A stretch of DNA of 64,000 bases from Planctomycetota bacterium (GCA_016178505.1 JACOTG010000201.1:2413-66412), one strand, 5' to 3'. Counted from the first letter of the stretch, positions 29,665 through 39,620 are shown. Notes: generated from the sequence alone by a model not told the origin. Numbers and translations are program-made.

Positions 29665-31209
29665 CTACGCTCCCACGGCCAGGTCATGGCCGATGGGGCT
29701 CGGGCTCGGCTGGAACGGCGCCCCCGGCAACTTGATCTCGATTCCGCTCCAACGCTCGATTCCGATCGCTTGCTTCAAGTTCGGCATCTCGGCCTCCACC
29801 CGGTTGGTCGTGAGGCTGTCGAGGAACGCGTCGCGGCGACCGGCCGCGAGGTGGTCGAATTGGTAGTTGAGGAAGAATCGCACGTACTGGCGGACCGCGT
29901 TCTCATAGGTCATCCGATAGAGCCAATCCGTCTCGACTTCGCTCACGTTCGCGCCGATCCCCGTGCGCGACGCCTCGACCCACTCTTCGAGCGACGCCGG
30001 CGGGACGAAGTCGCCGCGCCGCACGCTGAGATCGAAGAGCGGCGTTCCCGGCACGGGCTGGTAGACCTGGATGCAGTTGAGCGTGGAGGGAATGAACCGC
30101 ATGAGGTCCATCGTCTGCTCCATTTCTTCGCGCGTTTCCGTCGGGAAGCCGAACACGTACGAGGCGATCGAGTAGATCCCGGCCTTCGACAACGAGCGCG
30201 TCACTGCAGCGACCACCTTGCGATCGATTTCCTTGTCGAGCATTTCGAGGATTCGGTTCGACCCGGACTCGACCCCGAAGAAGAGCATCTCGCAGCCGGC
30301 GCGCGCCAGGAGTTGGATCAACTCGTCGTCGAGCATCGACTGGCGACCGGACGCGTACCACTTCGCATCGAGGCCGCGGCCGATGAAGTAATCGCAGTAC
30401 TCGCGCGTCACGCGCCGATTGAAGATCGTCAACATGTCGATGAAGTCGAATGCCGTCACGTCGTGCCGCGACAGGCTGCGGATGAACTCGATCTCGCGGA
30501 CGATCCGCTCGGGGTGCGTGTAGCGGTACTTGCCGAGGTAGTCGCGCACGTTGTCATTGGCCTGGAAGCAGAACGTGCAGCGGTAGATGCAGGACCGCGA
30601 CGTGTTCATCTTGATGCGCCAGCGGTCCGAGAGACGCAAGTCCTCGCCGATGCGCGTCGCGTAACGGTCGATGTCGGGTAGGAGGTCCCACGCCGGAAGG
30701 GGCAGCTCGTTGAGGTCGACGCCGTCACCGTGCGGCGGGAAGACCTCGATGCGCCCGCCGTCCTTTCGCTTGATCGCGACGTTGTGGAGCCGCACGCCGT
30801 CGCGCCGGCCTTGAAAGTGTCGCAAGAGGTCTCGCGTCGCGTGCTCGCCTTCTCCGATGACGACGGCGTCGATCGCCGGATGCTCGAGCGTTTGTTCCGG
30901 CAAGATCGTGGGATGGGGACCGCCCCATATCACCGTCGCACCCAGCTCCTTCGCGACCTTCGAGATGAGGAGCGCGCGCCCGAGCTGCGGTCCGGTGAGC
31001 GCGCTGACGCCAACGACGTCGGGGGTGTGGCGCTGGAGCGCGGCCTCGACCGTGGCCCGATCGAGCGGACGCCGGTCGTAGTCCTCGATCGCGACCTCAT
31101 GCCCGTCTTCACGAAGCACGGCCGCGAGGGCGATCGCCCATAGGGGCGGGTAGGTGGTGTCGTATCCGCAGACGTCGTCCTTGCCGGGATTGAGGAACAG
31201 CACCCGCAT
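29665..31209 (-). CDS. B12-binding-domain radical SAM enzyme (class B radical SAM, probable C-methyltransferase)
   Basis: N-terminal cobalamin-binding-like domain (MRVLFLNPGKDD...). Radical SAM cluster motif CIYRCTFC (CxxxCxxC). Confidence 0.75.
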   Translation of the reverse strand: MRVLFLNPGKDDVCGYDTTYPPLWAIALAAVLREDGHEVAIEDYDRRPLDRATVEAALQRHTPDVVGVSALTGPQLGRALLISKVAKELGATVIWGGPHPTILPEQTLEHPAIDAVVIGEGEHATRDLLRHFQGRRDGVRLHNVAIKRKDGGRIEVFPPHGDGVDLNELPLPAWDLLPDIDRYATRIGEDLRLSDRWRIKMNTSRSCIYRCTFCFQANDNVRDYLGKYRYTHPERIVREIEFIRSLSRHDVTAFDFIDMLTIFNRRVTREYCDYFIGRGLDAKWYASGRQSMLDDELIQLLARAGCEMLFFGVESGSNRILEMLDKEIDRKVVAAVTRSLSKAGIYSIASYVFGFPTETREEMEQTMDLMRFIPSTLNCIQVYQPVPGTPLFDLSVRRGDFVPPASLEEWVEASRTGIGANVSEVETDWLYRMTYENAVRQYVRFFLNYQFDHLAAGRRDAFLDSLTTNRVEAEMPNLKQAIGIERWSGIEIKLPGAPFQPSPSPIGHDLAVGA

Positions 31210-31261
31210 GTGGTCGAGCTCCGGGACGTGAAGCCGAGGTTACCGCCGCCGATCGGCCGTT

Positions 31262-31368
31262 CGTGACGCCGGGATCACCGCCGACCGTGGCGCGGGCGTG
31301 ATGCCGGGATCACTACCGACGATGGGGCGGGCGTGATGCCGGGATCACTACCGACAATGGGGCGGGAT
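31262..31368. repeat. three tandem ~35-37-bp direct repeats, each containing a GTGAT-N6-ATCAC inverted repeat, in the divergent promoter region between the radical SAM gene and wzm
   Basis: Units cgtgacgccgggatcaccgccgaccgtggcgcgggcg / tgatgccgggatcactaccgacgatggggcgggcg / tgatgccgggatcactaccgacaatggggcgggat. Copies 2 and 3 are 33/35 identical. Confidence 0.7.
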
Positions 31369-31491
31369 TATAGCGCAGCAGGGTGCAGATTCAATCGTGG
31401 CGCACTGGACGGTCCCGCGGCACGCCATTACACTCAGTCGCTCTTTTTGTTCTGTGCCTCGTCGAACTGCGGCCCCGCATCTGGAAACGCC

Positions 31492-32331
31492 ATGTTATCT
31501 GGGCTCGCGCGCATCGCCGGTTTCCCGGCAGAGCTGTACCGCTATCGCGGCCTGATCTCGACGCTCGTGCGGCGCGAGATCAAGGGGCGGTATCTCCAGT
31601 CGGCATTCGGGGGGATCTGGGCCGTCGTCAACCCACTGTTCATGCTGGTCGTGTACACGTTCGTCTTCTCGGGGATTTTCCACGTCGAGGCACCGGCGAC
31701 GGCGGCGCTGAAGACGGAGGGGCAGAAGACCGTCGCGGCCGCTCTCTACATCTTCTGCGGGATGATCCCCTGGATGGCGTTCGCCGAAGGCCTCCATCGC
31801 TCGACGATGATCGTGATGGAGAACGCCAACCTCATCAAGAAGGTTGCGTTCCCGTCCGAGATCCTGCCGGTGTACGTCGTTCTCTATACGGTCGTGAACG
31901 AGCTGATCGGGCTCGGCCTGCTCGTCATCGCGACCGCCATCCTGCTCCATACCGTGTCGCCGTTCCTGTTCATGTATCCGGTCCTGCTGGCGATGCGGAT
32001 CCTGTTCTCGTTCGGCATCTCTTACTTCTTCGCCGGCTTCAACGTCTTCGTGCGCGACTTCGGGCACGTGGTCGGCCTCGTGGTCACGATGTGGATGTTC
32101 CTGACGCCGATCTTCTACTTCCGCGAGAAGATCGGGGAGGAGTGGGTGCGCACCGTTCTCGGGTTCAACCCGATGTATCACCTCATCAACTCGTATCGAG
32201 ACGTGTTCTTGAACGGGCGAATGCCGGCACTCGACAGCCTCGGCATCTTCCTCGCGTTCGCCCTCGTGTTCTTCACCGTGGGGTATCTCTTCTTCATGTC
32301 TTCCAAGCACAAGTTCGCGGACGAGATTTAG
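31492..32331 (+). CDS. wzm: ABC-2 type polysaccharide/O-antigen export permease (Wzm/KpsM-like)
   Basis: 6 TM ABC-2 permease, LYRYRGLISTLVRREIKGRY N-terminus typical of Wzm/TagG. Start moved from the ORF-track 31333 (inside the repeats) to ATG 31492. Confidence 0.7.
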   Translation: MLSGLARIAGFPAELYRYRGLISTLVRREIKGRYLQSAFGGIWAVVNPLFMLVVYTFVFSGIFHVEAPATAALKTEGQKTVAAALYIFCGMIPWMAFAEGLHRSTMIVMENANLIKKVAFPSEILPVYVVLYTVVNELIGLGLLVIATAILLHTVSPFLFMYPVLLAMRILFSFGISYFFAGFNVFVRDFGHVVGLVVTMWMFLTPIFYFREKIGEEWVRTVLGFNPMYHLINSYRDVFLNGRMPALDSLGIFLAFALVFFTVGYLFFMSSKHKFADEI

Positions 32332-32334
32332 CGC

Positions 32335-33585
32335 GTGAGCGACGACTTCGCCGTCAAGACCTGGGACCTCAGCAAGAAGTACAAGCTCTACAAGAAGTCC
32401 TACCACCGCGTCCTGGAAGCGCTCTCCGGTCAACGCAAGCGGTACCACGAGGAGCTGTGGGCGCTGCGCGACGTGAACATCGAAGTGGCGAAGGGGTCGG
32501 TGCTCGGCATCGTGGGATCGAACGGCGCCGGCAAGTCCACGTTGCTGAAGCTCCTCACCGGGACGTCGTACCCGACCACCGGCCGGATGCAGGTGAACGG
32601 CAAGATATCCGCGCTCCTCGAGCTCGGCGCCGGCTTCCATCCCGACTTCACGGGTCACGACAACATCTACATGAACGCGTCGATCCTCGGTTTCACGCAC
32701 GACGAGATCGACGAGAAGTACGAAGACATCGTCCGGTTCTCCGAGCTCGGCGACTTCATTCAACAGCCGGTCCGCATCTACTCGTCGGGCATGGTGATGC
32801 GCCTCGGCTTCTCGGTCGCGATCTCGATGGACCCGGACGTGATGATCATCGACGAGATCCTCGCGGTCGGGGACCAGCACTTCCAGAAGAAGTGCATCGA
32901 CCGGATTCATTCGTTCAAAGAGCGCGGGAAGACGATCCTCTTCTGCTCGCACACCCTCTATCACGTGCGCCAGATCTGCGACCGCGCGATCTGGATCAAG
33001 CAGGGTCGCGTCGAGATGGACGGCAATCCGATCGACGTCACGAACGAGTACGGCAACTTCGAGAGGCGGCTCTTCAAGGAGGCGATGACGCACGAGGCGA
33101 AGCACTACGCTTACGTCTCGGGCACGGAAAAGAAGGAGCTGCCGTTCATCGAGTCGGTGGAGCTGTCGCCGGCGGGAAAGAACGCGCCGATCCGGACTCT
33201 GCGCACGGGACAGGACTTCGACGTGACCGTGCGCTACACCATCCCGGACCGAAAGATGAAGGTGAACGTCGGCGTCGCGATCAACCGCGCAGACGGCATC
33301 TTCTGTTTCGGCTCGTCGATCGACCACGACAAGATCGATTTCGAATCGCAGGGAGGCATCGCCGTCTATCGAGTCCAGAATCTGCGGCTTCTCGCCGGCG
33401 AATACAACGTTTCTGTCTACCTCGCGGACGACAAGTCCCTCGTCGTCTACGATCAGAAACCCGAAGAGCTCGAGTTCAAGGTCGAGTACTCGGGCTACCA
33501 CATCGGTCTCTTCCTCCCGGATAGCCAGTGGGTCTTCCCCAAGAACTCTCAGAACGGCCGCAGCGAAACGAAGAAAGGCGAGTGA
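32335..33585 (+). CDS. wzt: ABC transporter ATP-binding protein (Wzt/TagH-like) with a C-terminal ~160-aa substrate-recognition extension
   Basis: Walker A GSNGAGKSTLLKLL, signature YSSGMVMRLGF, Walker B MIIDEILAVGD, H-loop. Extra C-terminal beta-rich domain as in O-antigen Wzt. Confidence 0.8.
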   Translation: MSDDFAVKTWDLSKKYKLYKKSYHRVLEALSGQRKRYHEELWALRDVNIEVAKGSVLGIVGSNGAGKSTLLKLLTGTSYPTTGRMQVNGKISALLELGAGFHPDFTGHDNIYMNASILGFTHDEIDEKYEDIVRFSELGDFIQQPVRIYSSGMVMRLGFSVAISMDPDVMIIDEILAVGDQHFQKKCIDRIHSFKERGKTILFCSHTLYHVRQICDRAIWIKQGRVEMDGNPIDVTNEYGNFERRLFKEAMTHEAKHYAYVSGTEKKELPFIESVELSPAGKNAPIRTLRTGQDFDVTVRYTIPDRKMKVNVGVAINRADGIFCFGSSIDHDKIDFESQGGIAVYRVQNLRLLAGEYNVSVYLADDKSLVVYDQKPEELEFKVEYSGYHIGLFLPDSQWVFPKNSQNGRSETKKGE

Positions 33586-33595
33586 GCGCGCGACG

Positions 33596-35416
33596 ATGAG
33601 CCACCCTTCCAGCGAGGGCGAGAACTTCCTCGGGCCGGTCTACCCGACGGCGAACGCGGCGCGCATGGTCGAGCGGTTCGGCATCCGAGAAACCGACCGC
33701 GTGCTCGACGTCGGGGGCGGCTTCTATCCATTCAAGCGTGCCGACGTGATCACCGACCTTTCGTTCAGCGACACGACGAACCGCAACGGCGCGCAGATGC
33801 TCTTCACCGAGGGCAAGCGCTACGTCGAGTGCCCGGCCGAGACGCTGCCGTTTCGCGACAAGGAGTTCGACTTCGTCTTCTGCTCGCACGTACTCGAGCA
33901 CACGGTCGACCCGGCCGCCGCGTGCGGGGAGATCCAGCGCGTCGGCAAGCGCGGGTACATCGAAGTGCCGCACAAGTTCTCCGAGTACCTGACGGGGAAT
34001 CCGACGCACCGGTGGCTGGTGACGCCGAAGGACGGCGGCCTTCGCTTCGAGGCGAAGAACTTCATCGAATCACCGTTCCAGAACGTGCTTCACAGTCACA
34101 TCGTGAACGACCCCGAGTTCCAGGGAGTGGCGGCGGGCTCGTTCCGCAACCTGCTCAACATCCAGCTCGCGTGGACGGGCTCGTTCCCGGTGGAGGTCGT
34201 GCGAACCGTGGAGCGCGGCGAGCGCTTCGACTACGACGACCCGCGTCAAGCCGGGCTCGCGCATCTCCTGTTCGCGTTCAACAACCTCAAGTGGGACGCC
34301 AACTGCGAATATGCGCTGTGCGATGCCATCGAGGCGACGCGCTTCCTTCCCGACGATGCGGACGCCTGGCACGTGCTCGGGATCTACTACTTGCGGCTCC
34401 TGATGCTGCGCGAGGGGCGAGACTGCCTCGTGCGCGCGCGAGAGCTGCGGTCCGGCGACGCGACGATCGAGCACAACCTCGCACTCGCGGAGCGTTTTCT
34501 CGCGGAGCATCGATGCGATCTCCGCCAGGTCGCGTTGCCGAAGATCCGCCGCGCGATCGACGGCGCGAAGCCGCGAGCATCTCTGGCATCTGCTGCATCG
34601 CCTCTCGTCAGCATCTTGTACCGCGCGCCGGCGACCGCGGACGCGATCCGCGAAGGGTTCTCCAGCATCGCGGCGCAGCGATATCCGAACCGCGAGACGA
34701 TCATCGTGAGCGAGGCCCCCGACGACGCCCGGCGCGCGCTCGCCGGTTTGTCCACCGAGATGTCCGTGCGATACGTGGCGACGCCGCGCGGGTCGTCGCC
34801 CGGCGTCGCGTTCAACTCGGCGCTTCGCGACGCGAAAGGGGAGATCGTCGCATACCTCGACCCGGACCAGCTCTATCAGGTCTACCACTTGCCGCGCCTC
34901 GTCGGCTTCCTGAACGCGTCGGGCGAGTCGGTTGCGTACTCGGATGCGCTCCGCGTTGGCTTCTCCGAGTCCGCAGGATCGCCGCGTCGCTACGCTTGGG
35001 ACTCCCAGGTCGTCCTCTCGACCGAGTTCGATCCGCGCGACCTCGAGGGGCGGCCGAGCGCTGCCGTGCCGATCGGCGCGATCGTCCACCGGAGGTCGTG
35101 CGCGGACGCCGTCGGCGGGCTCGACCCCGTGATGCGCGACCTGCTCGGGCGTGATCTCCTTACGCGCCTGTCGCGAGGCTTCCGGATCCACCACGTTCGC
35201 GAAATCACCCTCGAGTGGCGAGTGCCGTCGGCCGGCGCGGCGACCAGCGCCGACCCCGGCGCGGTTCCGGCGGAAGGCCAGCGATTGCTCGACCGATACT
35301 CGCACTTCGAGCCGCTCGAGCTCATGCGCAAGGTCGTCGAGCTCTACAACATGAACGAGTACTTGCGGCACGAGCTGGAGCGAACGAAATCGGGCTCGTC
35401 GGCGAAGACGCCGTGA
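33596..35416 (+). CDS. bifunctional SAM-dependent methyltransferase / glycosyltransferase family 2 protein (chain-terminator-like)
   Basis: Class I MTase motifs VLDVGGGFYPF and FDFVFCSHVLEH in aa 1-200. TPR-like linker. C-terminal GT2 region SILYRAPATADAIREGF...YLDPDQ. Confidence 0.6.
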   Translation: MSHPSSEGENFLGPVYPTANAARMVERFGIRETDRVLDVGGGFYPFKRADVITDLSFSDTTNRNGAQMLFTEGKRYVECPAETLPFRDKEFDFVFCSHVLEHTVDPAAACGEIQRVGKRGYIEVPHKFSEYLTGNPTHRWLVTPKDGGLRFEAKNFIESPFQNVLHSHIVNDPEFQGVAAGSFRNLLNIQLAWTGSFPVEVVRTVERGERFDYDDPRQAGLAHLLFAFNNLKWDANCEYALCDAIEATRFLPDDADAWHVLGIYYLRLLMLREGRDCLVRARELRSGDATIEHNLALAERFLAEHRCDLRQVALPKIRRAIDGAKPRASLASAASPLVSILYRAPATADAIREGFSSIAAQRYPNRETIIVSEAPDDARRALAGLSTEMSVRYVATPRGSSPGVAFNSALRDAKGEIVAYLDPDQLYQVYHLPRLVGFLNASGESVAYSDALRVGFSESAGSPRRYAWDSQVVLSTEFDPRDLEGRPSAAVPIGAIVHRRSCADAVGGLDPVMRDLLGRDLLTRLSRGFRIHHVREITLEWRVPSAGAATSADPGAVPAEGQRLLDRYSHFEPLELMRKVVELYNMNEYLRHELERTKSGSSAKTP

Positions 35417-35432
35417 CCCTGGGCGCGACATA

Positions 35433-36530
35433 GTGGCCGACCTCGCCGTCGTCGTCGTCAACTACAACTCCGCGGACTTCTTGCGGGGATGCGTGGAGTC
35501 TCTTGGTCAAGCGGGCGGCGGATCTCTCGAGATCGTGATCGTAGACAACGGCTCGGAGCCGGACGACCGCGCCGCCGCGCACGCGCTCGCGGGACCTCAC
35601 GTGCACGTCATCGACGCGCCGGACAACCCGGGGTACGGCGGCGGGCTCAACCGCGGGATTGCGCTCACGACGGCGCCGTTTCTCGCGCTGATGAATCCCG
35701 ATGTTCGCGTCTGCCCGGGCGCGTTCGACGAGCTGCGTCGTTGGGTCGAGGCCGACGCGCTGATCGGCGCGGCGGGTCCGCGCACGTTCATGGACGAGGG
35801 TCTTCTGATCCAGCACCCGATGAATCGTCTCCTCACGCCGGGGCGATTCCGAGCGGCCGCGCGGGCGCTCGACGATCCTTCGACCGCTCGTCGATTCGTC
35901 GGAGGCTACACGCGCTATGCACTGCGGTACTGGGCGTCGGTCTTTCCGAGGCCGATCGAAATGCTCTCCGGCGCGTGCCTCTTCACCCGGCGCGACGTCA
36001 TCGAGAAGGTCGGCGTCTTCGACGAATCGTTTCCGCTCTACTTCGAGGACGCGGATTGGTGCGCTCGAGTCCGCGAGTTCGGTTACCGCCTCGAGTACGT
36101 TCCGGCGGCGCGCATCCTCCATTTCCACAACATCAGCGGCTCGCGATCACCCGAGGTCGCGGCGAAGCGCTACGCGGTCGCGGAAGCGCGATTCGCTACA
36201 AAGCACTTCGGCCGCCTCGGGCAGTGGCGATACCGTCGTGAGTCGGCACGTCGAGCCGAGCGACTCGCCGCCGGCCCACCCTTGTCGCCCTGGCCGCTGA
36301 TCGACCTCGGGGCCCTCGGCGAGCCGCCGGCGTTTCCAGCACGCGGGCCCGCGCTCGCGGAGGTCGCGGGAACGCCTCTCTTCGACTACCCGGTTGCGAG
36401 CTTCGTCGGCGCCGAACCGTTCAGCATCCCCGACGACGTGTGGGCACGAATGGGAAGCGGGCCGTGGTTCGTGCGCGTGGTGCTCCTTGACGCGACGACG
36501 GTGGTCCGCGCGTGGACGTTTAGAAAATGA
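35433..36530 (+). CDS. glycosyltransferase family 2
   Basis: LAVVVVNYNSADFLRGCVESL...VIVDNGS...DNPGYGGGLNRG (GT2 A-type motifs). GTG start. Confidence 0.65.
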   Translation: MADLAVVVVNYNSADFLRGCVESLGQAGGGSLEIVIVDNGSEPDDRAAAHALAGPHVHVIDAPDNPGYGGGLNRGIALTTAPFLALMNPDVRVCPGAFDELRRWVEADALIGAAGPRTFMDEGLLIQHPMNRLLTPGRFRAAARALDDPSTARRFVGGYTRYALRYWASVFPRPIEMLSGACLFTRRDVIEKVGVFDESFPLYFEDADWCARVREFGYRLEYVPAARILHFHNISGSRSPEVAAKRYAVAEARFATKHFGRLGQWRYRRESARRAERLAAGPPLSPWPLIDLGALGEPPAFPARGPALAEVAGTPLFDYPVASFVGAEPFSIPDDVWARMGSGPWFVRVVLLDATTVVRAWTFRK

Positions 36531-37393
36531 GCAGCATGCAGCGGAAGATCGCGGATCCGACGACGCTCGGCGAGTGCGTGCGGACGATGTTTCCGGAATC
36601 GTCGGGTCGGACGCGCAAGCAGTTCCTGGAAGCCGGGCGAGTGCGGGTGAACGGCGTCACGCAAAAGATCGCCCGCACGCCCCTCGCGGCCGGTGACGTC
36701 GTCGAGGTAGGCGATGGTGAGGTGTCGACGAAACTGCCGCGCGGCGTCGAGATCATCCACGAAGACGACGACCTCCTGGTGATCGTGAAGGGGCCGAACC
36801 TCCTCACCGTCGCCAGCGATCGCGTGCGCGACCGCACCGTTTATGCGTTCCTGACGGACTACGTCCAGAAGCGCGCGCCCGAGGCACGGGTCTTCATCGT
36901 TCATCGCCTCGACCGCCTCGCCTCTGGGCTGCTCGTGTTCGCGAAGACTCCGGAGATGAAGATCGCGCTCCAAGCGCAGTTCGAGGCGCACACGGCCGAG
37001 CGCGTCTACGTGGCCGTCGTCGAAGGCCGCCCCGAACGGCGAGAAGGGGTGATCGACAAGCGGCTGGCTGAAGATCCGACGTCGGGGAAAATGCGCGCAG
37101 CGCGCGCGACCGACGTCGAAGCGCGCGACGCCATCACCCGCTGGCGCGTGCTGCGCGAAGGCACACGTACGACCACCCTCGAAGTGCGCCTCGAGACGGG
37201 ACGCAAGAATCAGATCCGTGTCCACCTCGCGTCGGTCGGCCACCCGATCGTCGGCGACGAAACGTACGGCAGCCGCGTCGATCCCATTGGGCGCCTCGCG
37301 CTCCACGCACGGACGCTGGCGTTCGATCATCCGCGAACCGGCGCGAGACTCCGCTTCGAGTCTCCGCCGCCGAGCGCGTTCCAGAAGATCTGA
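36527..37393 (+). CDS. RluA-family 23S rRNA/tRNA pseudouridine synthase (RluC/RluD-like, S4 domain N-terminal)
   Basis: Catalytic motif HRLDRLASGLLVFAKT. S4-like RVRVNG. ATGA overlap with the upstream GT2 stop. Confidence 0.8.
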   Translation: MSSMQRKIADPTTLGECVRTMFPESSGRTRKQFLEAGRVRVNGVTQKIARTPLAAGDVVEVGDGEVSTKLPRGVEIIHEDDDLLVIVKGPNLLTVASDRVRDRTVYAFLTDYVQKRAPEARVFIVHRLDRLASGLLVFAKTPEMKIALQAQFEAHTAERVYVAVVEGRPERREGVIDKRLAEDPTSGKMRAARATDVEARDAITRWRVLREGTRTTTLEVRLETGRKNQIRVHLASVGHPIVGDETYGSRVDPIGRLALHARTLAFDHPRTGARLRFESPPPSAFQKI

Positions 37394-37505
37394 AGCCGCA
37401 CTCGAGGGTGCGAGCGGTTAGAATCCGGCGTGCCTCGGCGCCGGGAGAATCGGTTCTCCTGGCACGGCCGACACGGGAAACGCAGTCACCAACGAGGTGC
37501 TCGTC

Positions 37506-38543
37506 ATGAGAAAGTCGCTTCCGATCTTCCTCGCGTGCAGCGCACTCGCACTGACCAGCGGTCGCGCGCTCGCGACCTTTTCCATCGTGGCCGTCGACAA
37601 GAACACCGGCGAGGTCGGCTGCGCCGGGGCATCGTGCATCAGCTCGGTTTACATCATAGGCGACCCGATCCAGGGGCTCGGCGCCATCAACACGCAGGCG
37701 CAGTACGATCGGGCCAACCAGAACGTAGCGCACTCACGAATGCTCGCCGGCGACACGCCGCAGCAGATCGTCGACTACATGCATGCGTACGATAGCAGCC
37801 CCGAGATCCGCCAGTACGGAATCGTCGATCTGTCGTTCGGGGGACGCTCTGCGGCGTTCACCGGCAATCAGGATCTCTACTGGGCCGGCCATCGCACGGG
37901 GCCCGGATACTCGATCCAGGGAAACATCCTCCTCGGTCCGCAAGTCGTCAGCGACATGGAACGAGCGTTCCTCGCGAGCGAGGGGCTGCCGCTCGCCGAT
38001 CGCCTGATGCAGATGCTCGAGGCCGCTGCATACCGCGGCGCCGACCGTCGCTGCACGAACACGTCGTCGCTTTCCGCGTTCATCAAGATCGCGCGCATCG
38101 GCGACGGCGACTCGCCTTACCTCTACATCGCGGCCGGCAGCAACCGCGGCGAAGAGCCGATCGTTGCGCTTCGTCGACGCTACAACGAGTGGAAGACGTC
38201 GGTTAGCACGCACGTCGACCCGTACCTGACCGAAGTTTCCGTTCGCCCGCCGGTGCGCCTGGCCGACGGCCGCGACTTCGGTTACCTCATCGTCGTGCCG
38301 CGAAACGTCGCGCGCGTGAAGCTCGGCACCGGGATGACGATCGCCGTGACGAACACCGGCGGCGGGACGATCGGCGCATTCCAAGAGATCCGCCCAGGCG
38401 TCTACGCCGCGCCGATCACGTCGCCGCGAACGACCGGCCTCGACGTCTTCACGGTGACGGTGGACGACGGCAGCGGTGCCGGCCCGATCGAGATGGCCAA
38501 CGCCTCCGTGTGCCGCTACATCCCGGCTCCCGCGGGCCGCTGA
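37506..38543 (+). CDS. DUF1028-family secreted protein (Ntn-hydrolase-like fold, N-terminal Thr after signal peptide)
   Basis: Signal peptide then TFSIVAVDKNTGEVGCAGAS, the hallmark N-terminus of DUF1028. RBS gagg 8 nt before the ATG at 37506. Confidence 0.6.
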   Translation: MRKSLPIFLACSALALTSGRALATFSIVAVDKNTGEVGCAGASCISSVYIIGDPIQGLGAINTQAQYDRANQNVAHSRMLAGDTPQQIVDYMHAYDSSPEIRQYGIVDLSFGGRSAAFTGNQDLYWAGHRTGPGYSIQGNILLGPQVVSDMERAFLASEGLPLADRLMQMLEAAAYRGADRRCTNTSSLSAFIKIARIGDGDSPYLYIAAGSNRGEEPIVALRRRYNEWKTSVSTHVDPYLTEVSVRPPVRLADGRDFGYLIVVPRNVARVKLGTGMTIAVTNTGGGTIGAFQEIRPGVYAAPITSPRTTGLDVFTVTVDDGSGAGPIEMANASVCRYIPAPAGR

Positions 38544-38683
38544 CCGCGAAACTCCATCTCAGAGGACGATTCGAGGCCACCCGAGTCAAAGTGGAATTCC
38601 GCCCTCGTGCGGAGCCAGCGACGTGGCGATTCAGATTCTGACGAAGCCAAGCCCTCCGTGGGGGGGATTACGGCGACATCCTC

Positions 38684-39259
38684 GTGCACGGAATGAAGGG
38701 CGATTCCATCGGGCCGAACGACGATCGGATTCCACTGGAGCGAACGGGACCGTTCGTGCCACCGATCACGTTTCCATTTTTCTATCCGAACGCCGGATTC
38801 GTCGTGACCGACGCATTGCGAAAAGAAATCGAACGCGCCGGGCTTGCTGGATTCGAGTTTCGTCCCGTCCTCAAGGTCCGAATCGTTCGGGTCGACTGGC
38901 AGCTATGGGATTCGACCTCGGATGAACCGGAGGAGTGGCCGGAGAGCGGCGAGCCCGAAGACTACCTCGCGGAACGACCCCATTCTCCTGAGCTCGCGGA
39001 ACGAATGGGCGAGCTGTGGATGGTCAACATCTTGGCCAAGGCCAAGGTCAATCGAGTGCCCAAGGTTCACCGCAAAGGAGCATCGCTCACCGAACGGCTC
39101 GAGGACGTCGACATCTACCTGCGCTCCGACACGATCCCCGACGCAGACCTGTTCAGCGCGGAAACCGTGCTGCACATCTATGCGTCCGAGCTCGCGCAAG
39201 ACTTCTTCCGCCGAACGGTGCCGGACTTCGTGAGCTTCCGACGCACACTCTCGTGTTGA
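38684..39259 (+). CDS. hypothetical protein (orphan, lower-GC segment)
   Basis: 191-aa ORF with no motif I recognise. Local GC content visibly lower (~58%) than flanks. Confidence 0.35.
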   Translation: MHGMKGDSIGPNDDRIPLERTGPFVPPITFPFFYPNAGFVVTDALRKEIERAGLAGFEFRPVLKVRIVRVDWQLWDSTSDEPEEWPESGEPEDYLAERPHSPELAERMGELWMVNILAKAKVNRVPKVHRKGASLTERLEDVDIYLRSDTIPDADLFSAETVLHIYASELAQDFFRRTVPDFVSFRRTLSC

Positions 39260-39582
39260 TCGGCGTTACGTGACGGCGCAAGCGTCACTTCAATCAACGG
39301 AACTCGATTCGACGGATGGGCGATGCTCCCTTTGGAACTTCTTTGGAAATGCTGAGCGTTGGTGCGAAACGCCGCGACGCGTTTCTCGCGCGGGTTGATT
39401 CGAACCGCGCGACGGTTTCCGCTGCGGTGATCCTCGCGCGCGCCACGCGAGCGTTCGTGTGACCACTCGCGAGAAATGCGTTACATCGACTCGCCACGCG
39501 GCGTCGCATTCCCAATGAGGATTGTCGACCGCGCTGCGACTCAGAGCGTTGTGGGCGGCCGAAGTGCGCGTGACGCGCAAAG

Positions 39583-39620
39583 GAAAAGGAGCCCGGCAAT
39601 CGTGACCGCCGGGCTCCTTC
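39583..39620. terminator. bidirectional hairpin / rho-independent terminator downstream of groEL
   Basis: ggagcccggc-N9-gccgggctcc hairpin. On the minus strand it is followed by ttttccttt. Confidence 0.5.

Noticed and set aside
28699-30681. 660-aa + ORF
   Set aside because: Antisense to the SDR epimerase and radical SAM genes, both with diagnostic motifs.
31262-31368. CRISPR-like repeats
   Set aside because: Only three directly adjacent units with no intervening unique spacers and no cas genes. Better explained as an operator array.
31383-33524. 713-aa + and 668-aa - ORFs spanning wzm/wzt
   Set aside because: Alternate frames of the ABC transporter genes. Arg/Asp-rich with no motifs, whereas the chosen frames show Walker A/B and ABC-2 TM helices.
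37459-37480. sigma-54 -24 element CTGGCACG upstream of the DUF1028 gene
   Set aside because: No GC dinucleotide / TTGC-type -12 element at the required 10-nt spacing (sequence continues gccgacacg).
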